NCBI GenBank assembly: GCA_964658305.1
Contig: OZ210885.1
Span: forward strand, 9,982,001-10,046,000
Direction of reading: 5' to 3'
Source of the DNA: Leptogorgia sarmentosa
Taxonomy: Eukaryota
DNA length: 64,000 bases
Part shown: positions 11,199-21,285 of the stretch, one piece after another
How positions within the stretch are numbered: position 1 is the stretch's first letter
Layout: every line of letters begins with the position of its first letter
Translations under genes and position numbers: made by a program
Notes under the pieces: model-generated
The model's input: the letters and a program-made list of their open reading frames with translations, nothing else
Database searches by the model: none
Told to the model about the DNA's origin: nothing

Positions 11199-14100
11199 CA
11201 CTGTAAAACTGGGGGAGTAAAAATTACTCTAAAAAGTGGGGTAAATTTCATGTCCAATGAATGCCCCGGGTTTTGAGAGTAATTTTGCGCAAAGAGTAAT
11301 TTTTACCCCCCTATAAAAAAGGGTAATTTTTACCCCCAAATGAAATGGGGTAATTTTTACCCGGATAAAAATTGGGGTAAGTTTTACTCTCTTACCAAAT
11401 GGGGTAAATTTTACACTTCTACCAACGATGGGTAATTTTTACTCCTTGTACAAACGGGGCAATATTTTACTACAATTTGAATTGAAGTAATTTCGGCAGG
11501 AACCTGCATGAGTAATGATACATCGAACTTCACTTGTAGCACTCCAATTTTATTATTGTAATACACAATACACACATCCATATGGCGGATCAATTTATTG
11601 TAGTATTTTAAAATCTATTTAAAATTAACAACAAACATAAAAGGTTATATTCGAGCGCGCAAATTTGATATTTTGCATTGTCTTTCCATTCTTGAGGACA
11701 GGAGATTTTGGAATAGTAACGCCAACTCCGCTTTTGATGACCTTTTCTCGCGCAATTTCTCCTCTTGCTCCAAGAAACAACCTGCTCAGTGTGTCTGGTC
11801 AGTCTGGATAATCCTAAAATGTTGAATGCATGACAACAGCTCTTAAGTTGAACAACTTGGACCAATTGAGAGTGGAACTTGAGCAAAAAAATCAAAGTTA
11901 ACATTCAACATTCAGGTATATTCATACATGCATCTCATAATTTCAAAACTCGCTTCGTAATTAGGTAGACGTTTATGTGCAGATTGCTCATACAACTCTC
12001 AAACTAGCTAAATTATTTGTGTTGATTTCCTACCCATTACGTGTAGAATATTTCATCGATTTCATATTTTGAAGCCCAATTTTATTCCAGCGAGGAATTC
12101 ATACATCATATTTTTTTTTCTTTTTGGCATGCAAGCAGAACCTATGAGGAATTAAAATTGCAACCTTCGCAAGGCGTGACGCCTCAACGTTCTGTTTCAG
12201 GTCGAGACAACCCGAAACTTCAGCACGGCGCAAAATTCATTCCTAGTAGGTATGCATTCAGTGCATGCTAGTTAAATTAGAATTGTTCTCATTAAATTGA
12301 AACTTCTCCACTTCGCAAGGCGTGCCGCCTCAACGTTCTGTTTCAAGTCGTGCCAACTCAAAACTTCAGCACGTGAAGAGTTATTTCAATTCATATTCAA
12401 ACAATCTGCGACCAAAAGAATTTCTAATTTTTATGAGATACACTACACAAAATGGTTAGGAATATAGGAGATCTTCATGCGACTTGAACATATGCGATGT
12501 AATGATATTTAGTCTCTCCAGATCTACATATATTATACACAAAGCCAAATGCCTGATGCTTTGGAAAATATACAAATGAGCTATATCATGTTTGCATGTA
12601 TTATTTACAGAATAAGAGCGTGGCCATTGTCACAAAAAACAGTAAGTTGGGTCTGTTCTTAATGAACACATCATCTTAATAGTTCCATATCGAGGTTCAT
12701 AATAAAGTGATGCGTGTGTAGTTTACATAGGAACTGATAATTTCCTTACCGACTAGGCATGCATACTGAAACATGAATCACGCCACACAATCACCGCATA
12801 AGATTTAAAAAACAGGTATACAAGTTCTAATAAATTTTACATGACTTTTACATGAGCAAAAGCATTTAACAAAACTGTTGATTTTGAAGAGTTTCAACAT
12901 ACAAAATTACACACACAATTTAATAGCACCGAATGCTGTTATTGATCAAACCCGCATTTTTTGCATTCCAACAACGCAAATGAACCTTAACCTTGATCAG
13001 TTTGTGGCAACAACACGCAATATTTGAACGTGGAATTCAGCAATATATAGAGTATAATAAACTTTAAAAGCTTTTAAGATTTCATAGCAACTATATATAC
13101 TACAATGTATAAGAGTCAGCCGGAATGTAATAAGCCATGCATATATATAAATATAATTGATACTTGAGGAAGAGTGAAGAGATTTGCCTTGGTATTGCTT
13201 ATGTTTATGTTAGCGCGCCGACATACATATAAACCATCGGATTCAGTGCGCATTGGCGGCGATAAGTTCGTTCATAAAAGTACAACTTACAAATCACGCA
13301 GGAATTATACAATGTTAATCTAAATCAACGCACATATGTTGTTGAATTGAATATATATTGATCTACTCAGAGTCAGATTTCGCGACAGAGACGCTTGTAT
13401 GTATAAACATGCAGTGTATCAAACAAATAAGAAGCGCTTACCTGTGAAACGCGTTGATGTTATAAAAACCCAACACTGCTTTGATCACGAACGAAGATGA
13501 AGCGCGAAAGAGGAGAAGCCTGATTGTTTCGTTATTTTACCATCGTAATTCAGCGCCAAAAATGCGCATTCACTGATTGGTAGATTTGAAACACGTGGAC
13601 ACAGAAGAGTTAATCATTGTGTCACGACTTGATAAATTTACAAACATTTGTTTCTATTGCTGTCAGATTAAATTTGATATGTGGACAAATGCGCAACATG
13701 CAAGACTACAAATTTAGAATTACAGTTTGAAATATTGTAAGTCCTTTGCGCGCACGTAATACAAAAGTATACAAAATCCGCAAAATTTCCATGACTGTAT
13801 ATTCTATGCATATTGTGAAATATTTTGCAACAAAACTTCACAGCAAACCTTTCCGAGCAAATGTGCTGCTCTGTGTACAAATACTACGTCTATTCAAAGT
13901 AATAATCACTGTATGAGAATTATTAAACTATTTGTCCTTTCAGCTTCACTTTTTAACATTTATATGTGAGGCGCAATAACACAGCTTCATTCACATTTCA
14001 TAACAATGGCAAAAGCTACACATTGAATACCCGGCGGGGAAAGAAACGTACCGCGCTTTCGTCGATAAAGACGGTAATTAAACACTTCAAAAATAATGAA

Positions 14101-14510
14101 TAATGTCGTTCGGCTTACCTTGTTATTTGCCAAGAGTGGACCGTTTATTCAACATCATTAGTAAATGATAAATGTTGGATAATAGCTTGCGGAATTTCAG
14201 TATTGCCAGCGCAGAAATAGCTTAGAAATCTCGGCGCTCCTTATTGTCGCCGCCATCTTGAAAAATTGGGGGGTAAGCGTGGGGTAATTTTTACCCCTTT
14301 TTATTTTACACCCGAGTTACACCGCAATCAACTACCCTCGTAACAGGGGTAAAATTTACCCCATGTCAAATTACTCTTCTATATTCTACCCCTAAAGTAC
14401 AAATTACCCTCAATTCGGGAGTAATTTCTACCCCAAAATAGATTACTCCTCTTACATGGGTAATAGTTACTCTCCGAAAGAGTAATATTTACTCCTCCAG
14501 TTTTACAGTG
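11199..14510. mobile_element. Non-autonomous CACTG-terminated DNA transposon (CMC/EnSpm-like), 3.3 kb
   Basis: TIR CACTGTAAAACTGG(G/A)GGAGTAAA(A/T)ATTACTCT; arrays of GGGGTAA/TTACCCC subterminal repeats at both ends; flanks TA/CA; no transposase ORF. Confidence 0.8.
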
Positions 14511-15255
14511 CACATACACATATACTTGCACACATTGAGCGAACATAAACGAGACTGGAATTACTCATGCATGAAATGGCGCGATTTATTCTATAAAGTC
14601 ACTTTTATGTGAAACATCTCGCGCAGTCTAATCTTAATGCCGCAAGACAACTTATTATCTATGTACTTACTTTGGTTTGCTAACGCACCATACTTAGCTC
14701 CTTTTACAGCGTAGACTTAGCGTGGCTTCTTCCTAAGCCGGGATAGATATAGTCTTCTTAACGTGGATAGAACTTGGCTAATACGAAGCCCAAACTATAT
14801 TGCTTACTCACAAGCGCGCGTTAACGACTTATGGCCGAATGAACACTGTAGGCTATGTAAACTGTTTTAAACGCAAAAACAACTGGAATTTACTGAGCAA
14901 AAAACAACTGTATGTTTTTCGCAACGGATATAGCGTATCTAGGCTTGGAAACCGCATTGCGCATTTGCTAACCATACTTGCGCATTTGCTGACCATAGCT
15001 GCATATTTCCCATGGGAATCTAGCTAACTGCGGAAAATAACAAGCTTAATTGTTTGTTTTCCTTCGAATCTTTCGAATACGCTGCTTTGACCTTCCGTTT
15101 CGAAACCAACAGTTACATAATGCCTTCCCAGTATAAATACTTTTGTTTTCAAAGATTTTCAGCGAAAATTGCGTCGGCACCAAGATTGTATTGTTAAAAA
15201 AGGCCCTCACTGAACTTGTTTATATAACTTTTCTCTTTTTTCTCCTTTATTGTAT

Positions 15256-15312
15256 GCGGAAATTTCCCAATAGATTTCAAGTCTGTCGCCTTAACCACTC
15301 GGTCACCACTAC
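15256..15312 (-). pseudogene. tRNA-Ser(TGA), 3'-truncated
   Basis: GTAGTGGTGACCGAGTGGTTAAGGCGACAGACTTGAAATCTATTGGGAAATTTCCGC with no T-arm. Confidence 0.8.
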
Positions 15313-15528
15313 GTTGGCATTAATATTGGCTTGCATGCACTTTGAACTAAATAAATCTTCAATCTGGCGCGTAAAATCCAACAAAATATTTTTGTAATTA
15401 ACAGCAGGACTAATCGCTTTCGAGTATTAGTGGATATATTTAACACGAATCGTAGTATGTGGGTCGTATATTTCCCATCAGGCCCCTTTATTGAATTTGA
15501 AAGTTTTTCAGTTTATAGCTAAGATAAA

Positions 15529-15600
15529 AAGGAGCGGGCGGGTTTGAACCATTGACCTCTCAATCTGCAGTCGAATGCCCTACCACTGAGCTACACTCCC
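15529..15600 (-). tRNA. tRNA-Cys(GCA), likely pseudogene
   Basis: GGGAGTGTAGCTCAGTGGTAGGGCA TTCGA-CTGCAGA-TTGAG; T-stem AATGG/CCGCC poorly paired. Confidence 0.7.
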
Positions 15601-15744
15601 TGTGTAGTCCACTAGGTTAATTACGTACATATACTTTCAACTGAGCTATAATCAATTCACGGACCCCTTTGTTTTCAATTCTACATTCAAATACAAAATC
15701 ATTCTTGGCATGTTTCATAAGCTTAATATATTAAAAAACGCGAT

Positions 15745-15965
15745 TGGGTCAACTTTTGTAAGCACAGCTGGTTTCATAAAATTATCAACAACAAAGCTCT
15801 CCGCGACTTTCGACACAATCGTACTAAGGGAAATGGGCCGAAAGTGGCGGTTAACATCGCGTACTGGTTCTTTTTTCGCAATTGGTACAACATCAGCGTG
15901 TTTCCAAGATTGTGGGAGACCGCCTTCGCGATACGAATTATATACAATTTCTGCAATGGGTATGT
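15745..15965 (-). mobile_element. CR1/L2-type LINE RT N-terminal fragment
   Basis: PIAEIVYNSYREGGLPQSWKHADVVPIAKKEPVRDVNRHFRPISLSTIVSKVAE, with the WK..A.VVPI.KK and RPISL motifs. Confidence 0.85.
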
Positions 15966-16204
15966 TGTGGAAAAATATCAGCATTAAATTTCTCAAGGCG
16001 GCCTTCCCTGCTCGCTTTTTAAATGTTACATAATGCCTTCCCATCCATTAAAAATATTTTTGTTTTGAAATATTCTCAGCGAAAATTGCATCGGCACCAA
16101 GATTGCTTTGTTAAAAAGGTTCTTTACTGAACTTCTCTTTATAACTTTCCTCTTTTTTCTCCTTTATTGCATGCTATAACACCAAAGTTGAAATTTTGCT
16201 TTTC

Positions 16205-16286
16205 CGTAGTCGGCAGGATTTGAACCTGCGCGGGAATTTCCCAACAGATTTCAAATCTGTCGCCTTAACCACTCGGCCACGACTAC
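16205..16286 (-). tRNA. tRNA-Ser(TGA)
   Basis: Identical to 8446-8527 except the anticodon loop (TTTGAAA vs CTCGAAA). Confidence 0.9.
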
Positions 16287-16470
16287 CGTGACGTGGCATA
16301 ACTCTTGGCTTGTACTTAGAAATGAATAAATCTTCAATCTGCCATTAAAATCTAATTTTTTGCACGAAGATCGATTGGAAAATGTTTTGGAACGGCTGAG
16401 ATATTACATTAATCCCATACGTTTCTTCGTCAGTACAAAGTACATTAGAGAACATTTTGATGGCAACAAT

Positions 16471-16542
16471 GGCTTGCTGGTCTAGTGGTATGATTCTCGC
16501 TTTGGGTGCGAGAGGTCACGGGTTCGATTCCCGTGCAAGCCC
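16471..16542 (+). tRNA. tRNA-Pro(TGG)
   Basis: GGCTTGCTGGTCTAGTGGTATGATT CTCGC-TTTGGGT-GCGAG AGGTC ACGGG-TTCGATT-CCCGT GCAAGCCC. Confidence 0.92.
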
Positions 16543-16652
16543 TAGTTAATTAACCAACTGTTCTCTTTTTTGAAAGCTTTCGTAAGTCCTCAGAAAACCC
16601 CGCGCAAAAAATTCGGTTAATTTACCGTCACGACGTCTGAACACACCAAACA

Positions 16653-16726
16653 CGTCCCTGGTTGGACTCGAACCAACAACCTTTCGGTTAACAGCCGAAC
16701 GTGCTAACCGATTGCGCCACAGAGAC
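16653..16726 (-). tRNA. tRNA-Asn(GTT)
   Basis: Inverted copy of 7899-7972 with one D-stem mismatch (GCAC). Confidence 0.85.
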
Positions 16727-17392
16727 TGCCTCCATTGAAAGCATTCGGAAAAAAATATAACAATAATGGATGCTAATTTTCGACAAAAATCTTATTAAAT
16801 GCAGTGTTTGCAAAAGCCACATTGAACGGGAAAAAGAAACTTCAACGGTGACTTACCAAGTATCCCTAAGAAAGTGAGCCCAGAATAAATTTCTGCGTCC
16901 CACGCTGATTAGAAGCCACGGTCCCCACAGAACGTTGATCCGGTCTGGCGCCGGGGAGCGGGATTTGATTCCCGGCTAACAGAAAGTATTTTCATTCTGA
17001 TGGGTTTCGATTTCAATTGCAACACAAGAAAAACGTAGCGTTGTAACACAGACATAATCTCACAATTATTTTATCCATAACAGAGGAATGTAAAATTAAT
17101 ATTTTCCGATATCATCGACTTTTAGCTAAAACTATTTGATAACCACAAACAATCTCATCATGGACAGAGTTTTTTCATTGGTTTCCAAATTCTTAATTAT
17201 TTTTCAATCGTTTTTAATTTTACGCGTTAAAGCTTCTACAACCGAGTATCGATTATCACTATCGTAACTAAAATAAGAAGTTCACCTTCGCATCAATTAA
17301 TTGTTTTCTTTTTCAACTAACTATGGACATTGTAATAGAAACGTATTGAAATTCGCTACCTTATGCAATGTTTCAAATGCCTACATTAATCT

Positions 17393-17464
17393 AGGTTCTG
17401 CCGAGACTTGAACTCGGATCGCTGGATTCAAAGTCCAAAGTGCTAACCATTACACCACAGAACC
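17393..17464 (-). tRNA. tRNA-Gln(TTG)
   Basis: GGTTCTGTGGTGTAATGGTTAGCACT TTGGA-CTTTGAA-TCCAG CGATCCGAGTTCAAGTCTCGGCAGAACCT. Confidence 0.92.
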
Positions 17465-17586
17465 TTAACACTTAATGGCAAAGTTCCGAATTGTTAAACG
17501 TTTCTTCCTTTCATTGATATCGAAAGACATCTCTTTAAACGATGTGGATGTTTACTAAAAGGAAATGATATTGTCTGCACGTCACA

Positions 17587-17631
17587 GGTAGCCTAGCCGA
17601 GTCGTCTAAAGCGCTGGTGTAGGCACCAGCC
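17587..17631 (+). pseudogene. tRNA-Leu (TAG-like) 5' fragment
   Basis: GGTAGCCTAGCCGAGTCGTCTAAAGCGCTGGTGTAGGCACCAG; same GTCACA leader as the Leu gene at 6272. Confidence 0.7.
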
Positions 17632-17902
17632 AGGTTTGTGCCTGGATTAGAAAAACAAAAAGAAAAAAGAAATTAAAAGAAAAGAATCAGAATCAGTTTT
17701 CTGTTTAGAATCAGAATTGCCATATAATATTCTCGACCCAGTACCTCTCGAGTAAAGTGAGCCCAAAATAAATTTCTGCTTGCTGCATATATGTATTCCT
17801 TGTTAAGTATTTTAATTGATCAGTTTTAACAAGTTGGATAGCTCATGCAGTGTATTTGCGGCAATTGTCTTCCTCGTTCTTCGAAGCAATCGAGAAAAAT
17901 AG

Positions 17903-17975
17903 AGCCTCATCAGAGATTTGAACTCTGGACCCCTGGTTTACAAGACCAGTGCTCTAACCACTGAGCTAATGAGGC
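17903..17975 (-). tRNA. tRNA-Thr(TGT)
   Basis: Same sequence as 10564-10636. Confidence 0.92.
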
Positions 17976-18164
17976 ACCTCGTTTCGATCATAAATTTCAT
18001 AATATAAATTTATTTACCATAATAATTTGCCATTTCAGTAAAAAAAAATTCTTTAAAAATTTAGCTTCTATTCACATTTCATAATATCGCAAGAATTCCC
18101 TTCACTTCCAAACATGTTATAACACGATTTACAAAAACTTGTATTTACCAACATTTATCCTCAT

Positions 18165-18238
18165 AGCCTCATCAGATAATTGAACTCTGGACCCCTGGTT
18201 TACGAAACCAGGTCTCTATACCCCTGAGCTAATGAGGC
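18165..18238 (-). pseudogene. tRNA-Thr(CGT), degenerate
   Basis: Paralogue of 10342-10414 with D-stem changes, a 1-nt insertion and a T-stem mismatch. Confidence 0.75.
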
Positions 18239-18390
18239 GACCTGCAGGTGAAAGTTTCTAAGATGCTATATCGTACATAAGCTCTTTGATTAGGTTTTTT
18301 ATTTGATCAGTCTCCACACATCTTGGATACCTCATGCAACATATTCGTGGCAATTGCCTTCACTGTGCTTCGAAGAAATCGAGAAAAATG

Positions 18391-18474
18391 AGCCTCATCA
18401 GAGATTTGAACTCTGGACCCTGTTTTACCAGCTGTTTTACTAGACCAGTGCTCTAACGCCTGAGCTAATGAGGC
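18391..18474 (-). pseudogene. tRNA-Thr(AGT) with internal tandem duplication
   Basis: CTGGTCTA-GTAAAACAG-CTG-GTAAAACAG-GGTCCAGAG; about 11-12 extra nt at the anticodon arm. Confidence 0.75.
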
Positions 18475-18782
18475 ACGCTGTCAACTGCATGTTGATTTCA
18501 GAAGCTTGCTGTTGAATTTTATTACCTAATTTACCTTTGCTATTCCTCAATAATTCATTCATTTGCAAAATGATTAAAATTCAGATAATGTCCTGGTTTT
18601 CTATCTTTAACAAACGATTACTCCCAGAGTCGATAAGTCTGTTAGAAGTTTCTCACTTCCTGTTAAAAGTTCCTCGCGTATTGACTTCCTGTGTGAAAGT
18701 TGTAACTTAAAACCACGAAATGGCACCACAAATTTCGAACAATAATTATCTAATTAAACTGAATTATTTTGCGCATAGGTCA

Positions 18783-18855
18783 GTTTCCGTAGTGTAGTGG
18801 TTATCACATGCGCTTAACACGCGCAAGGTCCTCAGTTCGAACCTGGCCGGAAACA
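18783..18855 (+). tRNA. tRNA-Val(AAC)
   Basis: GTTTCCGTAGTGTAGTGGTTATCACA TGCGC-TTAACAC-GCGCA ... GTTCGAACCTGGCCGGAAACA; T-stem slightly imperfect. Confidence 0.82.
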
Positions 18856-18996
18856 TACATATGAGCTTTTTTAACTGGAGAAATGTTTTCATTGAAAATT
18901 TTTAGTAAAAAGCTAGAAACATTTTCTCGGTGATATCGAATTTGTGTAAATAGATCAGCTCTGAAAAGAAATGCTCTCAATTTTTGGTAAAATTGT

Positions 18997-19096
18997 TGTC
19001 AGGAGTGGGATTCGAGTCCACGACCACATGTGTGGACCAGAACGCCCTATTATGTCAAGGTTGATCGTGACAAGTTTTTGCACTTGAGTCTGGCGC
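18997..19096 (-). pseudogene. Intron-containing tRNA-Leu(CAA) pseudogene, 5' end deleted
   Basis: Inverted copy of 9025-9148 that keeps the intron but lacks the 5' acceptor strand and D-arm (A-box). Confidence 0.85.
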
Positions 19097-20959
19097 ATGA
19101 AAACATGGAATTTCCTACCACATTTATTCTTTGCTACCTTCAACATGCCACATCCCGTACTGATTTTCTCTTGACAACTGACGTGAGCCGAATACGTGAC
19201 GCAATTACACATTATTTTATTGGAATTTTTTCAATGAATCGCAGTTGAAATCGAACGATTTTAATACCATTGCGAATTTCCAATGGTCATCGGAAATAAT
19301 GTGTTTATGTTATTTTTGTATTATATTGTTAGTGTTTGGGAGGGTGAAATTTAGGGATTGCTATACATTTCTTGTAATGCACTGACACGCTTCTAACACT
19401 GCAAGGAACCCAATTTAAATCTGGCTAGGACCTTCATTTCCATGAATTTGTTTCAATTTTTTTGTTGCATCAATTCACTTCTCCAGAATGTCTCCAGAAT
19501 TCTCCAGAAAAAAAACGCGTAACTGGAAAACATTGCGTCTTAAGTATCATGCACACGTGAGATAAATATAGCCATTGATCGCTGATATCTTGGAATATGG
19601 TGAAATATCAAGTACTTACTGACTAAGCATGAGGAGTGCACGGTAAATATCAAACCGAGGCCAATATCAAGATATGAAGACCGAGGTTTGAAAGTTAACC
19701 ATACAGACGAAACAGTCGAAGTCAACGAAAAAGGTACAACCTATTTCCGGAAGGGAACTGATTGAATTGATAGTTTATTAGAAATATATGGCAAACCCAA
19801 GGGCTGAATTGCATATTTACAAATATAGAACTATAATTTACACATATTATTCTTGGATCAAATTTAGTAGACAATTTTCAGACGGTAGCTAAAACTGACT
19901 ATAATTAGAACAGCTAAGCATAATTCTTTTTAATACAATTTGTCATTTCGTAATTCGTTCGGAATGTTATTTGCAGTTGGTACTCAATTTATTGCACTAT
20001 CTTTCTTTTCACGTAGATTCTGTAGCAGGAGAAATTTGAAAAAATGCGAGTTGTTACAACAGGCGAGATGCATTACATTTTGCCAAAGGCACGTGACGAC
20101 AAATGAGTTAATCACTTGTGCTAAATACTGTATTAAGGGTGTCAATCCTGTGGAGTCCCCCAATTTTTGGCTTGGGGGGACGACTATATAACTGTCCCCC
20201 ACTGTTTACCATTTCTCCTTTTCTTTTACTTGTGACAATAGTAATTATAAAAGTTATACAGCAATATAATACTTAATGTGAGCGATCTTTGATTCGTACA
20301 CCTTAATGACCTTAACAAAGAGGTAGAGTTAAGGTTCTGGAATGGGCGTTTCCGGCAACGTTTCAGAAACGTTTTCCACCCTAAGAAAATCAGAAGCCCA
20401 CAAGTTTGGGGATGTATATTCTTCCTTGTATTCTACCCATTGTGCCTATTACGTAATAATTTCGGTGGAACATTCAAGTATTTTTCAATATCTCTACTTT
20501 TGAGATTCCAGAAATACTTGGAATGCTGGTTGTTTTGGTAAAAAATAGTCATAATCGAATATTGGTATACAGGGTGTGCCAAAAAACCCCAAACCATTGA
20601 AATTAACGCATTGTTTGAATTTGAATGCCCTAACAATAAACTAATCCCACGAGTACATGAATGATTATGCAAGCCATTATTTTACTCTATTCAAATTTTA
20701 GTTCTAATCAATCTGGACGCACAATACAAGTATATCTTAATTTCTTAATCACTGTTTACAGATTTTTGACTTCCAAGGGCTCTCAAATCCCAACAATGCG
20801 TTATTTTCATTGTATTTTGGGGTTTTTGAGTCTTTATTTTACTTTATATATATTTTAGAGTATTTTTGATTGGAAGAAATATTGATATTGCTACTTCACA
20901 TATCCTTGTTTCCACGTTTAATATTCATTTCAGACAATGTTGGAATTCCTCTTAAGTCT

Positions 20960-21285
20960 TCAACCTTTTGGTTCCAGCTGTTTTGAATGCGAGGATAACT
21001 TATTAAGACGAAGGAAGCAGACCCGACCTCCTTCCAGGCCAACACAAACCATTCCATTTGAGCCACATGCGATGGCTAAAACATCCCGGTCGAAATGAAA
21101 TTCTTCAACACACTCTCCATTTGGTAGGTTCCACAGTTTCAGCGTCTTGTTTAAATACGAGCATGACAAAAGAAATTTACCTGGAGTCGCTAATGCCAAC
21201 GCTCTGATAAGTTCAGGATTTTGAAGTGGAAATCTGTGGAGAACCTTTCCAGTTATGAAGTCCTCAATCGCCAAAGAACCATGAC
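20960..21285 (-). CDS. Exon 16 (last): WD40
   Basis: ttttag|GHGSLAIEDF...NKTLKLWNLPNGEC...VCVGLEGGRVCFLRL..stop; ATTAAA (~20917) and AATAAA (~20833) lie downstream on the minus strand. Confidence 0.88.

Noticed and set aside
16205..16286. tRNA with long variable arm and TGA, considered as a selenocysteine or suppressor tRNA
   Set aside because: Anticodon TGA reads the Ser codon UCA (Sec needs anticodon TCA), and the body is the same as Ser(CGA) at 8446.
18607..18645. TAACA...GATTACTC-cca-GAGTCGATAAGTC-TGTTA hammerhead-shaped relic
   Set aside because: Both catalytic boxes are mutated; too degenerate to call.
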